This document shows positions 16,692 to 27,001 of a stretch of DNA of 64,000 nucleotides, one piece after another. The DNA is from Saprospiraceae bacterium (GTDB lineage: Bacteria; Bacteroidota; Bacteroidia; Chitinophagales; Saprospiraceae). The notes beneath the pieces are model-generated. The model searched no databases, was not told the DNA's origin, and worked only from the letters and a program-made list of their open reading frames with translations. The translations under genes were made by a program, and so were the position numbers. The stretch covers positions 141,741 to 205,740 of the forward strand of contig JAWKLK010000010.1 of assembly GCA_041392785.1 (NCBI GenBank), in the 5' to 3' direction. Numbering within the stretch: position 1 is the first letter of the stretch; the number at the start of each line of letters is the position of its first letter.

Positions 16692-17690
16692 ATGTACGTA
16701 AAAAGACGGTATGGGTTTTGGCTGACCTTTAATTGGAGTAAAAAGCCATTCATTTTAGGGAGCATCTATGCCCTCCTATTGACCATCATGTTCGAATTTT
16801 TCTACCACAAACTAAACTTTGATTTTTCAATAAGTTGGCAGCCCATCAGCGTACTTGGTATCGCTGTGGCATTTTATTTAGGTTTTAAAAATAATGCCAG
16901 TTATGATAGAACATGGGAAGCCAGAAAAATCTGGGGTGGCATAGTAAATAATTCAAGAACTTTTGGTGCTGCTGTCACTAGTTTCATTCAAGGTGAGAAT
17001 GCAAATTCTATCAAACAAGAATTAATCTACCGTCATATTGCATGGCTTACTGCATTGAGATATCAATTAAGACTCTCAAGAGAATGGGAACACGCAGAAT
17101 TGAGAGTCAAAGGTTTGTATGTTCCTACTATAAGTGAAACCTACTTCCATAATTTGGAAGATGAGATTAAAGAGATTTTAAGTGAGGATGAATTTGATGC
17201 TTATGCAGGTAAAACAAATATGGCAGCACAGATCCTTCATAAACAAATGACAAGACTCCAAGAGCTGAAAAACAATAATTATTTTGATGACTTCAGACAT
17301 ATGGAGTTGTACGAACTCTTAGCTGAATTCTATGCAGATCAAGGTAGAAGCGAGCGTATTAAAAATTTTCCTTTTCCTAGACAATATGCCTCTGTGGCTT
17401 ATTGGATGACGTTATTATTCTCTCTATTGACGCCATTTGGTCTTCTTAATATTTTTCATGATCTGAAAAGCCATACTGTCTGGTTGACCATTCCATTTTC
17501 AGGATTGATTATATGGATATTTTATCTTATGGAAATGATAGGAGACTATTCAGAAAACCCTTTTGAGGGCACTTACAATGATGTACCAATCACATCCATT
17601 TCCCGTAGTATAGAAATAGACCTTAGAGAAATGTTGGGAGAGAAAAATATTCCAAAACCTATAACACCTACTGATGGGTTCTTAATGTAA
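16692..17690 (+). CDS. Bestrophin-family (UPF0187/YneE-like) anion channel protein
   Basis: 332 aa with TM segments. YDRTWEARKIWGGIVNNSRTFG matches the bestrophin-homolog signature YDRWWEGRK.WG. Confidence 0.75.
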   Translation: MYVKRRYGFWLTFNWSKKPFILGSIYALLLTIMFEFFYHKLNFDFSISWQPISVLGIAVAFYLGFKNNASYDRTWEARKIWGGIVNNSRTFGAAVTSFIQGENANSIKQELIYRHIAWLTALRYQLRLSREWEHAELRVKGLYVPTISETYFHNLEDEIKEILSEDEFDAYAGKTNMAAQILHKQMTRLQELKNNNYFDDFRHMELYELLAEFYADQGRSERIKNFPFPRQYASVAYWMTLLFSLLTPFGLLNIFHDLKSHTVWLTIPFSGLIIWIFYLMEMIGDYSENPFEGTYNDVPITSISRSIEIDLREMLGEKNIPKPITPTDGFLM

Positions 17691-18052
17691 TGCATACTAC
17701 AAAAGAACATAATGACAGAATAGCGAAGATAACATTTGCAGGTGTTTATCCCCTCTATTTGGCCAAGGTAAATAAAAAAAATAGGACTAAGGAAGAATTA
17801 CACACTGTGATTCAATGGCTTACAGGCTTTGATGATAAAGATATACAAGATTGCATAGAAAGCAATATGACTTTCACTACTTTTTTTGAAAAGGCCAATT
17901 TGCATCAAAATGCAACATTAATTACTGGTACCATTTGCGGATATCGCATTGAAGACATTGAAAATCCGTTGACAAAAAAAGTACGCTACTTAGATAAGTT
18001 GGTCGATGAATTGGCAAAAGGAAGACCATTGGAGAAAATACTAAGAAAGTAA
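17690..18052 (+). CDS. DUF2200-family protein
   Basis: 120 aa. ITFAGVYPLYLAKVNKKNRTKEELHTVIQWLTGF resembles the DUF2200 pattern as I recall it. The start overlaps the bestrophin stop (TAATG). Confidence 0.6.
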   Translation: MHTTKEHNDRIAKITFAGVYPLYLAKVNKKNRTKEELHTVIQWLTGFDDKDIQDCIESNMTFTTFFEKANLHQNATLITGTICGYRIEDIENPLTKKVRYLDKLVDELAKGRPLEKILRK

Positions 18053-18151
18053 TATATCAATATAAACCAAGAAAATAAGCGTCATATAACTTTATGAATC
18101 TTTTAACGTCATATAATAAATTTTAACTTCAAATATTCTTAAAAATAATTT

Positions 18152-18559
18152 ATGAGCTATAATATTGGCACTAAAGAAAACCCGATGGTTTTGCAGACAC
18201 CACCACTTACAAGTGAATACACCATGCATGTGGATCAAAAAGACGGCAATGACATCCTTATATGTACCGTTGGGAAAACTATCTTATGGTATAATTTTAA
18301 CATCATCAATGACCTTCATAAAATGCTTAAGGAAAATGGTGATTGGGTAGAATTGGGAAGCGCAGATGAGCAAAAACCTGCAAAAGAAGGCACGGTAGAA
18401 TTTTGGGGCCGCAGCGAAAATAATCCAGTCGGCGGATGGTACGGCTTAAAAAAGGGGTTTAGAGGCAGAGTTGGCATGTATATTCCACCTTTGATGGAGG
18501 CACTGGGTTTAGCTGAAGTGACACACAATCCTAAAAACAACAAAATGAAAGCTAAATAA
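18152..18559 (+). CDS. Conserved hypothetical protein
   Basis: 135-aa ORF with coding-like composition. The segment GSADEQKPAKEGTVEFWGRSENNPVGGWYGLKKGFRGRVGMYIPPLMEALGLAEV resembles a widely conserved uncharacterised family (from memory, not verified). Confidence 0.7.
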   Translation: MSYNIGTKENPMVLQTPPLTSEYTMHVDQKDGNDILICTVGKTILWYNFNIINDLHKMLKENGDWVELGSADEQKPAKEGTVEFWGRSENNPVGGWYGLKKGFRGRVGMYIPPLMEALGLAEVTHNPKNNKMKAK

Positions 18560-18580
18560 AGGCAGTTTATACTTTTTTCT

Positions 18581-18620
18581 AAAAAGAGCGCTTGCAATCT
18601 ATATGGAAGCGCTCTTTTTT
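18581..18620. terminator. Bidirectional rho-independent terminator between convergent genes
   Basis: 9-bp stem agagcgctt / aagcgctct (18585-18593, 18607-18615), flanked by an A-run upstream and a T-run downstream. Confidence 0.75.
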
Positions 18621-18645
18621 ATGAATCAAAATCTTATACACAGCA

Positions 18646-20835
18646 TCATCGTGTGAATAACATTTCTCTGAATTTAGTTAATGGCCAAATTTCATCATCA
18701 ATTAATAATTCAAGTTTATCACAAGAATATCTGATTTTTTCAAAATATGGTAATACTTCATAACAATAAGCATGTGCTTTCTCATCAACATGGTCTAAAA
18801 TATTGGACTGCTTCCGTGTTTCAATCATATCATGTACATTTTCTCTGATCGTCGTGATATGCATAGAAATAGTTTTAATCAGTTCCAATTGTTCTTTGGC
18901 ATATTTAGCATAATCACTCCCAAAGATATTTTTAAGACCTTGTACATTTAAAATCAATGTATTTTGATATTGTATTGCCGTGGGTATAATGTGATTTGTG
19001 GCTAAATCACCTAAGATTCTGCTTTCAATTTGGATCTTCTTGATATATTCTTCCAGCTTAATTTCATATCTAGCCTCCATTTCCATTTTTGTAAGAATAT
19101 TATGAGATTCAAACAGCTTGATGGTATCCGGTTTCACCAATATTTTTAAAGCTTCCGGTGTGGTTTGAAAATTAGATAATCCCCTACTCTTTGCTTCCTT
19201 TACCCAAGCATCACTATATCCATCTCCCTCAAATCTAATATTTTTGGATGATTTAATTAATTCTCTCAATACATTGAAAATGGCATCATCTTTTTTCATA
19301 TTCTTATGTTCGATAAGATGATCTACTTCCGCTTTGAATTTTCTAAGCTGTTCGGCCATAATTGTATTGAGCGTCGTCATAGCTTTGGCACATGTATCAC
19401 CTGAACCTACAGCTCTAAACTCAAATTTATTTCCAGTAAATGCAAAAGGCGAAGTTCTATTTCTATCCGTATTATCTAATAAAATTTCAGGAATCTTTCC
19501 AACTACATGAAGTTTTAACTCCGTTTTTTCTTCAGGACTTAGACTTCCATCCGTAACTCGCTCCAATTCATCCAAAACTTCAGTCAAATGTTTGCCTATA
19601 AAAACTGACATAATAGCTGGAGGAGCTTCATTTGCACCTAGTCTGTGGTCATTACCTGCTGTGGCAATCGTGGCACGCAATACATCAGCATAATCATGGA
19701 CAGCCTTTATAGTATTGATAAAAAAAGTTAGAAATTGCAAGTTGCTTTTTGGTGTTTTACCAGGGCTCAACAGGTTAACTCCTGTATCTGTACTCATAGA
19801 CCAGTTATTATGTTTTCCTGATCCATTCACCCCTGCAAAAGGTTTTTCATGTAATAACACTGCAAACCCATGTCTTGCTCCCACCTTTTTCATCAGATCC
19901 ATCAATAAGGAGTTGTGGTCTACTGCGAGGTTTGCCTCTTCAAAAATTGGTGCTACCTCAAATTGATTTGGTGCTACTTCATTGTGTCGAGTTTTTAGTG
20001 GAATTCCTAACTTCAGCGCTTCCATTTCCAAATCTCTCATATATTGGAGCGCTCGCTCAGGAATAGAACCAAAATAATGATCTTCCAATTGCTGGCCTTT
20101 ATGCGCTTGATGGCCAAGTAGTAATCTACCTGATAATATCAAGTCGGGCCTAGATTCAGCCAAGTCTTTATCTACTAAAAAATATTCTTGCTCCCAGCCC
20201 AAAGTTGCAATCACTTTTGACACATTTTTATCAAAGTATCTTGCTACTTCTGTTGCAGCCATATCTAGAGAATATAAAGCTCTCAGTAGGGGCACTTTAT
20301 TATCCAATGCCTCTCCAGTATATGCGACAAAAATAGTAGGAATGCACAATGTACGGCCTATGATAAATGCAGGAGAACTTGGATCCCAAGCTGTATAACC
20401 TCTGGCTTCAAAAGTATTCCTTATCCCACCATTTGGAAAGCTGGATGCATCAGGTTCTTGCTGGACAAGCTGACTACCATCGAATTTGTCCATTCCTGAC
20501 CCATCACTCATCAAGTCAAAAAACGCATCATGCTTTTCTGCTGTACTCCCTGTAAGTGGTTGAAACCAGTGGGTATAATGCGTTGCACCTTTTGAAATTG
20601 CCCAAGATTTCATCCCAGAAGCAACTTGATCTGCAATTTTCCTATCAATTTTCCTATTTTCTTTGATGGACTCATTAATTACTTGGAATGCATCCTTGGT
20701 GATGTACTGCAACATCACTTTATCGCTGAAAACATTTTGGCCAAACAATTCTGATCTTCTTTCTTCGGCTTCTTCTACAACAATTGGCTTTTTTATACGA
20801 GAAGCCCTCAAGGCATCTATTCTAAATACTGGCAT
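18646..20835 (-). CDS. glnN: Glutamine synthetase type III
   Basis: 729 aa, the typical GSIII length. N-terminal ...GMKSWAISKGATHYTHWFQPLTGSTAEKHDAFF matches Bacteroides GSIII. Confidence 0.9.
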   Translation of the reverse strand: MPVFRIDALRASRIKKPIVVEEAEERRSELFGQNVFSDKVMLQYITKDAFQVINESIKENRKIDRKIADQVASGMKSWAISKGATHYTHWFQPLTGSTAEKHDAFFDLMSDGSGMDKFDGSQLVQQEPDASSFPNGGIRNTFEARGYTAWDPSSPAFIIGRTLCIPTIFVAYTGEALDNKVPLLRALYSLDMAATEVARYFDKNVSKVIATLGWEQEYFLVDKDLAESRPDLILSGRLLLGHQAHKGQQLEDHYFGSIPERALQYMRDLEMEALKLGIPLKTRHNEVAPNQFEVAPIFEEANLAVDHNSLLMDLMKKVGARHGFAVLLHEKPFAGVNGSGKHNNWSMSTDTGVNLLSPGKTPKSNLQFLTFFINTIKAVHDYADVLRATIATAGNDHRLGANEAPPAIMSVFIGKHLTEVLDELERVTDGSLSPEEKTELKLHVVGKIPEILLDNTDRNRTSPFAFTGNKFEFRAVGSGDTCAKAMTTLNTIMAEQLRKFKAEVDHLIEHKNMKKDDAIFNVLRELIKSSKNIRFEGDGYSDAWVKEAKSRGLSNFQTTPEALKILVKPDTIKLFESHNILTKMEMEARYEIKLEEYIKKIQIESRILGDLATNHIIPTAIQYQNTLILNVQGLKNIFGSDYAKYAKEQLELIKTISMHITTIRENVHDMIETRKQSNILDHVDEKAHAYCYEVLPYFEKIRYSCDKLELLIDDEIWPLTKFREMLFTR

Positions 20836-20859
20836 TATTATTTATGTTTTTTGATCCCG

Positions 20860-20867
20860 CAAAGGTA
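20860..20867 (-). promoter_or_regulatory. Bacteroidota -7 promoter element: TACCTTTG on the minus strand
   Basis: Plus-strand caaaggta; lies 25 nt upstream of the glnN start at 20835. Confidence 0.45.
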
Positions 20868-20958
20868 ATCCAAAACACAAACAAATAAAATTATTTTATA
20901 AAATTTTAAACAACACCTATCATTTTTTAGGGGTGTATTTTAAAAATATTGTATTTTT

Positions 20959-23900
20959 CTAGACTTTCACTACCTTAATCACAATGGTATTAATATAATT
21001 ATTAATTTTTATTAAATAAATTCCTTTTGGATAGGTCGTCAAATTGATAGTATTGTCTTTTTCATCAAGTTGTATATCACCCTCAATCAACCTTCCTTCA
21101 AGACTAAAAATATCTATGTTGACCTTGCCTAATGATGCTGTCAGCCCTTTGATATAACATCTACCAAAAGTTGGATTGGGAAATACAGTGATGGGTTCAC
21201 CTAAAAAATCAATCACATCTGTCACAAAAACTGGCTGAGTCAATACACATCCATTTGCATCTTTCACTGCTGTAAAATACGTACCATCAGGTAAAGATTT
21301 AAATTGATTTGATTCTACAAAAACAAATCCGCTGTCAATAGAATACATATAAGGAGTTACACCACCTTTACCTTGTAATGTAAAACCTGATGATTCCAAT
21401 AAGACATCTAAACTCAACTCCAAGGGTTCAGTAATAGTAATATTTCCACTTACTGTATCATTTTTAGCATCATAAATTTTATATGGATAGATACCTGCTA
21501 CCAAATTACTATATATTCTATTGCTCGTATAATCACTATTATTGAACTTAATCATGTACGGTGCAGATCCATTCTGGAAGACAAACCTAATATTACCATC
21601 ATTTTCTCCAAAACAAGACACATGTTTGATCGTAGGGTTGACAGTGTTAAAAACATTAATGCTTATATTCTTTGTTATTTTGCATCCATTACTATCTTTT
21701 ATATAAACTTTATAATTTCCATTTGCATTAAAAGTTAAAGTCTCGTTTGATTGATAGGTGGTATCATTGACACTAAATGCGTATGGTGGGGTTCCACCTG
21801 TTACATTTAAAATAGCATCATATCGATTCACTGAGGTTGAAGCTAGGATTTGCTTTGGTGCTGTGATCAAAATAGAATCCAAAGTAACAATGAGACCGCC
21901 TTTATCCTGAACAGAAAATTTATATGTTCCAACTCCTAGATTAAAGGTGCTATCTGCCTGAAAATCTAATAGATTCAAAGCATATTCGTATGGCGCAAAA
22001 CCACCAGCAGGAATGACAGAAATAGTGGTTTTCTCATTATAACACATTATAGAGTCATAGGAAATTTGTAGTGTAAGTGGTTGAATAACAATATCCAATT
22101 CTGTTTGAATACTACAACCCAATTCATCTTGAGCGGTGAAAATATAATGACCATTTGGTAAGTCTTCGAAAAACATAGCCTGTTCAAATATCCCATCATT
22201 CACTTTTATAAATACTTCACCTGTGCCTCCTGAAGTCTGAGCTAAAACATTATAGAACTCTTGAGAAACATCTAGTTGAATCGGCGTAGGTCGGTCAATA
22301 GAAATGTAAAAATTATGCACTTCTTGAAAATTTTCATCCAGCAATGAAACATTATGCTGTCCACTTTCCAACCAAATTATTTGAGAAGACAATGTATCTT
22401 TATTGTCAATGATCATATTTGTACTTGCATCCCCAAACCGCAATATCTCTACCTTTGCTAAAGAATCTTCTGCACATAAAATAGGCTCAAGCATCCTATA
22501 ACCATAATGGATAAGATCATTACTGACTATATTGACAATTAAGTCAATGTGTGATTTCCATCTATTATTTTGGTCTAATAGATGCAATGTTATTGTATCA
22601 ACTGTTCCTGCTGGCGCTGATGAAAACACTTCAATATTGCCATTAAAAATATCTTCATAATGAAAAGTGTCATACTTTACCAGTACTGTGTTAACATTTA
22701 ATAGGCTGGATTGGCTAGGTGTTCTTTGAACGAAAAACTTTGAATTACCTAGAGAATCTGTCAACAAGATATCGTTTTTTGACAAGGTATATCTAGACCC
22801 ATTTTCAACATAAATCTGATTCTTATTAATTATTATAGCTGAAGATGTATCTGTAGTAACAAAAAGATATTGGGGATCGTTGAAAGGCATATCAATACAT
22901 GGTGAATTTCCTTTAACACGCCATAAATACACGTTGTCGTTATCCAAACTCATGCGAAGTGAATTTGTAGGATTTTCAATCACATCTGCATTACTAAAAT
23001 CATTTGTCTTTGAAATCTCAAAAGTGTAGTTTTGAATACCACTCACATCATCCCATTCAAACGTCACATTATTGCTAACAGAAGTACCGTTTATTGGTGT
23101 ATTAGTTTTAAGTGGTGAAGCAAATTGAACACCCTTTAAGATAATTATATCTAATTTATAACTTTCTACACCTGCCATGACATTTACCTGAAATGTATAA
23201 ATTCCTGGCAACAATGCACTTAAATTAGACAGATTAATCATTATTTCACCTGGTACAGCTACAGAATCAGAAGGTAAATCAGCTATGATCTCATCAGGAA
23301 GATTTATTAGGTTTACAGACACTTGTGAAGGTGCTGAATTCGATTGCCCTTGGACATTGACAAGAAACGAAACTGCATCTTCTTGACATACCACTAAATC
23401 TTCAGAAGGAGTAGAAATGCTAAATGTTGAGATTATTTTAAAAGAAAAATCAGACACATCATAGAAAATATTGTTAGCTGATTTAACCATTATTCTGGCA
23501 GTGGTTGTTGGAAAATTAGGTGTAATTATAGATGTACTTCCATTATTCGGAATTCCAGTGGCTATAATATGTGGATATGTCTTACCACCATCTAATGATA
23601 AAAGTACATCGACTTTAGCGCATTTGATTGGATCTAGATCAGTATTTGCAACATTCCATGTAATGGTTTGTGCACTCCCTACCTGCCATGACACACCAGT
23701 TGTACTAGGATACGTTACTACGAATGGACCCGTTGCACCATTGACAATAATACTTACTGATTCCTCATCGATACAACCACCGAATTGAGAATTATCCCTA
23801 ACAGTACATTTAAAATTCAAGGTTCTACCTACACTAGGCAATACTTCCCATTGACCATATTTCTTTTGAAGATCAGGAAAATAACGTATTGGAGAAATTG

Positions 23901-25296
23901 ATGGTAAAATAGATCTGAACATAGGTCCTGAAATATTGGCGGATGTCGGCGGCATTGTACCGACTTCTCTATCAAATTGTTCCCAACAATAAGTCAATAA
24001 GTCGCCATCAGGATCAGTAGCTTGCGCTTCAAGAAAAAATGAAGTTGATTTTGGAATAACATATAGGGATTTCGCAACTGTCACATCCGGTGAATTATTT
24101 AGTGTTTCTTCGACGACTCCACATGTTTTACCGTTTCCAGCAACAATAAAATTGAAAATTTCATTCAAACTGTGATTATGAAAGTAAGCATGACTATTAT
24201 TTTGGACATTAGGATCGCAAATACCGGCATATCCCATGATGGTGCTAGCGCTTCCTGGTTCATATGATGAGCTTGAACTCCTTTGGCAAGAATTATTTTG
24301 AGTGTGGTTTCCTCCGAATTGATGCCCCATCTCATGGCAGACATAATCAATATCAAATGCATCACCTTTTGGGGTAGGATTTCCTGTGACTCCCTGAGCC
24401 TTACTTCCAGTACACACACTGCGAATACTAGCAATGCCTCCATCACCAGTACTAAAAACATGCCCGATGTCATAGTTTGCTTTACCAATAATCTGATCCA
24501 CTATATCTTGGTTTTCATCAAGCATCGCTTCTGAATTGTTGTTGGAAAATGGATCTGAATTGGCATTAAAAAAGATAAGTTTATCTACATTGTTTATGAG
24601 TATAAGTTTTATTCCCAAATCCGTTTCATAGACAGAATTTATCCTTGCCACCGAATTATTATAGGCAGTGAGTACTTTTTCAATCGTGCCCCCATGATAA
24701 TTGGCATATTCAGCTGTGCAAGATAAGGCTAATCGGTATTTTCGCAATTTACAATCACCGAGAGAATTTCTATTGCCTTCAGTCATTTTATAATGATCAT
24801 CCATGGCACTGCAAGTAAAGTGTCTTCTTGCGGTATTTTCCACTTCGTAAAGTATGTAATCACTAGCTGAATCCAAAGAAATCGGGTCAATATATAAAAA
24901 ATCTCCTGCAACACTTCTATAGGTAACATTGATATAATATGGTGAAACAGAAACATAAATAGTCCAGTCTCTTGAATCTTTGAAACTTCCTTTATACGAT
25001 TTTATAGCAGGATATTTTGCGGCTAATTCGTCACTAAAAACCTGATAGGGCTGCAATTCCACTTCCTTCAATTGACCATTTTTGAAAGGTAATGTAGTGA
25101 TTACATATGCAGTTCTATCATATGAAAATTCAGATAAGAAATTTCTTGAATCTAACCTATATGTTTTTAAAATTCTGTAATCCCATTCAGATTCAATAGC
25201 ATTGGCCAAAGAACTTTCTTGCCAAAATTGTTGTGCCGAAAGACTCAATTGGAATACACAAAAACACACGAATATAAAAAGAAATCTGAATGTCAT
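20959..25296 (-). CDS. Reprolysin-like zinc metalloprotease with Ig-like/SprB-like repeats and a T9SS type A C-terminal domain
   Basis: Signal peptide MTFRFLFIFVCFCVFQLSLSAQ. HEMGHQFGGNH (24304-24336). GDLLTYCWEQFD. Repeats with GGTPPYAFSVN / GGVTPYMYSID. C-terminal VFPNPTFGRCYIKG...IKVVKV. Confidence 0.9.
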   Translation of the reverse strand: MTFRFLFIFVCFCVFQLSLSAQQFWQESSLANAIESEWDYRILKTYRLDSRNFLSEFSYDRTAYVITTLPFKNGQLKEVELQPYQVFSDELAAKYPAIKSYKGSFKDSRDWTIYVSVSPYYINVTYRSVAGDFLYIDPISLDSASDYILYEVENTARRHFTCSAMDDHYKMTEGNRNSLGDCKLRKYRLALSCTAEYANYHGGTIEKVLTAYNNSVARINSVYETDLGIKLILINNVDKLIFFNANSDPFSNNNSEAMLDENQDIVDQIIGKANYDIGHVFSTGDGGIASIRSVCTGSKAQGVTGNPTPKGDAFDIDYVCHEMGHQFGGNHTQNNSCQRSSSSSYEPGSASTIMGYAGICDPNVQNNSHAYFHNHSLNEIFNFIVAGNGKTCGVVEETLNNSPDVTVAKSLYVIPKSTSFFLEAQATDPDGDLLTYCWEQFDREVGTMPPTSANISGPMFRSILPSISPIRYFPDLQKKYGQWEVLPSVGRTLNFKCTVRDNSQFGGCIDEESVSIIVNGATGPFVVTYPSTTGVSWQVGSAQTITWNVANTDLDPIKCAKVDVLLSLDGGKTYPHIIATGIPNNGSTSIITPNFPTTTARIMVKSANNIFYDVSDFSFKIISTFSISTPSEDLVVCQEDAVSFLVNVQGQSNSAPSQVSVNLINLPDEIIADLPSDSVAVPGEIMINLSNLSALLPGIYTFQVNVMAGVESYKLDIIILKGVQFASPLKTNTPINGTSVSNNVTFEWDDVSGIQNYTFEISKTNDFSNADVIENPTNSLRMSLDNDNVYLWRVKGNSPCIDMPFNDPQYLFVTTDTSSAIIINKNQIYVENGSRYTLSKNDILLTDSLGNSKFFVQRTPSQSSLLNVNTVLVKYDTFHYEDIFNGNIEVFSSAPAGTVDTITLHLLDQNNRWKSHIDLIVNIVSNDLIHYGYRMLEPILCAEDSLAKVEILRFGDASTNMIIDNKDTLSSQIIWLESGQHNVSLLDENFQEVHNFYISIDRPTPIQLDVSQEFYNVLAQTSGGTGEVFIKVNDGIFEQAMFFEDLPNGHYIFTAQDELGCSIQTELDIVIQPLTLQISYDSIMCYNEKTTISVIPAGGFAPYEYALNLLDFQADSTFNLGVGTYKFSVQDKGGLIVTLDSILITAPKQILASTSVNRYDAILNVTGGTPPYAFSVNDTTYQSNETLTFNANGNYKVYIKDSNGCKITKNISINVFNTVNPTIKHVSCFGENDGNIRFVFQNGSAPYMIKFNNSDYTSNRIYSNLVAGIYPYKIYDAKNDTVSGNITITEPLELSLDVLLESSGFTLQGKGGVTPYMYSIDSGFVFVESNQFKSLPDGTYFTAVKDANGCVLTQPVFVTDVIDFLGEPITVFPNPTFGRCYIKGLTASLGKVNIDIFSLEGRLIEGDIQLDEKDNTINLTTYPKGIYLIKINNYINTIVIKVVKV
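20962..21201 (-). other. T9SS type A C-terminal sorting domain of the protease paralog
   Basis: ITVFPNPTFGRCYIKGLTASLGKVNIDIFSLEGRLIEG...GIYLIKINNYINTIVIKVVKV. Confidence 0.75.
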
Positions 25297-25385
25297 TGTT
25301 CTGATAATTTCGCGTAAAGCTACGCCAAAAAAATATCAATCCAAAAATTACTATTGTCCAATGCGGCTATTAGTCTGTTTGCAGA

Positions 25386-25892
25386 CTAAGACTTATCTTT
25401 TTTCCTGACTTTATCAAAAAGTTCTAGACCATCTCCTTGATTAAAATTTAAACCAAGTTTTGCTAACTCGTCGTAAATTATCTTGCCTTTTGCAAAAATA
25501 TAGATATGGTAATCATCATAATGCATTATTCCTACTAATTCTTCAAGAAAATTTCCTTTTTCTTTCACAAATAGTTTCGATTCAGTACCTTTTTGCTTGA
25601 TGTCCATTAATAGTTCAAATGTTTTCGATTGTACGAAGTCATTCATCTTTTTTTTATCTGATGCACTCACATCGTTCACCCCTTCAAAAACATAAATATC
25701 TGCAGCAGTAATCTCTGATTTCAAATCAGATGTTGAAGTAATTTTATTCTTGAGCAAACTTACCGCATCAAAATAAAGTACGCCTGAATCATTCTTATAT
25801 TTTCTGAGTAGATGCAAGATGTCATTTTGACTATATATCTCAGACGAAAATGCAATCAAGATAAATGTTGAAATAATTATGGCATGTCTCAT
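25386..25892 (-). CDS. Secreted DUF4252-like protein
   Basis: 168 aa with a signal peptide. Size and pattern are similar to 26475-26981 and it sits in the same operon-like array. Confidence 0.6.
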   Translation of the reverse strand: MRHAIIISTFILIAFSSEIYSQNDILHLLRKYKNDSGVLYFDAVSLLKNKITSTSDLKSEITAADIYVFEGVNDVSASDKKKMNDFVQSKTFELLMDIKQKGTESKLFVKEKGNFLEELVGIMHYDDYHIYIFAKGKIIYDELAKLGLNFNQGDGLELFDKVRKKDKS

Positions 25893-25901
25893 TTTTCTTA
25901 T

Positions 25902-26429
25902 TTAAATGGATTTATATTTTGGATTCGATTTTTTTATAAGTCCCAAAATCTCATTAGAAAAAATATCTTTGAATTTTGACAATGGTATTTTCGATTTTAT
26001 ATGGACTCCGTTCAAATGTTCTCCGTCAGTAGCTAGAAAAACAGCATCCTTGACTATATCTTTCTCTGATCTTATCATGACACGATTTTTGTACTTTAAA
26101 AAAGTAAATGTAAAAAAATCCTTAAACTTGTCCATATCTTCAAATTGTTCACAATAATTGTCCAATATTTTAAAAGTATTGTATCTACTACTGTCCAGTT
26201 TTGTATTTGCAAAAGAGATAATTTCAATATTCTTCTCTATAACATCCATAGTTGATTTTGACAATGACTGCATATGTACCCAATCAAATAAATACCACCT
26301 ATGTAGCGTAATCACCTTTCCATCGGTAGTGTTTTGTATTTGTTTAAAGGCGCGATCTACACTGGATTGTGCCATACTTGGTTTAAAGCTTAAAATTAAT
26401 CCTGAAATGATAATGTACTTGATCAACAT
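25902..26429 (-). CDS. Secreted hypothetical protein (divergent DUF4252-like)
   Basis: 175 aa with a signal peptide. N-terminal SVDRAFKQIQNTTDGKVITL echoes the DUF4252 N-terminal pattern. Confidence 0.5.
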   Translation of the reverse strand: MLIKYIIISGLILSFKPSMAQSSVDRAFKQIQNTTDGKVITLHRWYLFDWVHMQSLSKSTMDVIEKNIEIISFANTKLDSSRYNTFKILDNYCEQFEDMDKFKDFFTFTFLKYKNRVMIRSEKDIVKDAVFLATDGEHLNGVHIKSKIPLSKFKDIFSNEILGLIKKSNPKYKSI

Positions 26430-26474
26430 ACGTATGGGTGTCTTGTGCGATAAAGAATTAGGTTGAAAGATTTC

Positions 26475-26981
26475 TTATTTCTTTTTCACTTTATCCAAAT
26501 GCTCTGCACCTTCAATATTCAATTTTGAAGCTAACTTGGATATTTTATTCAAATCTATATTACCTACAAAACTGATCATAGTAAAATCCTTTTCCTCCCC
26601 TACTAATAACAGCAACTCCGTGATATTACCATTTGTTTCTTTGGTCACAAAACGAATATTTTGATCTTTATCTTTTACGGTTATTAGTTCCTCATACCCA
26701 GTGACTGACAATCTTCTATTTGATTCTTTGTAAACTTGGGGTGCGTTTTTTTCAGTTGACAAAATTCGCAAACCTTTCAAGTCTTTGACTATATCCTTGA
26801 ATTCATTTTGATCTGAATCAGATGTCATTTTCGCTACCATTTGAAACATCTTTGGTGCAACATATACGACCTTAAAATCTTCATTATTTTGATAATCTTT
26901 GAAAAGTTTTTCGATTGCATCTTGACCGAAACTTATATTTGTCACTAAAAGTGCTATAAAAAAACTGAATACTGCCTTCAT
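26475..26981 (-). CDS. DUF4252 domain protein
   Basis: 168 aa with a signal peptide. AIEKLFKDYQNNEDFKVVYVAPKMFQMVAKM...LKGLRILSTE matches the DUF4252 pattern found next to ECF sigma genes in Bacteroidota. Confidence 0.7.
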   Translation of the reverse strand: MKAVFSFFIALLVTNISFGQDAIEKLFKDYQNNEDFKVVYVAPKMFQMVAKMTSDSDQNEFKDIVKDLKGLRILSTEKNAPQVYKESNRRLSVTGYEELITVKDKDQNIRFVTKETNGNITELLLLVGEEKDFTMISFVGNIDLNKISKLASKLNIEGAEHLDKVKKK

Positions 26982-27001
26982 ATTATGAATATTATTGAAT
27001 T

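Noticed and set aside
18165-18597. ORFs 18165-18350 (+) and 18316-18597 (-) overlapping the conserved hypothetical gene and the terminator
   Set aside because: They overlap a better-supported ORF, and the minus-strand one runs through the bidirectional terminator hairpin. Neither has recognisable motifs.
20868-20958. Terminator for the protease gene in the 20836-20958 spacer
   Set aside because: Only a 5-bp acacc/ggtgt pairing with a long loop is present, which is too weak to call.
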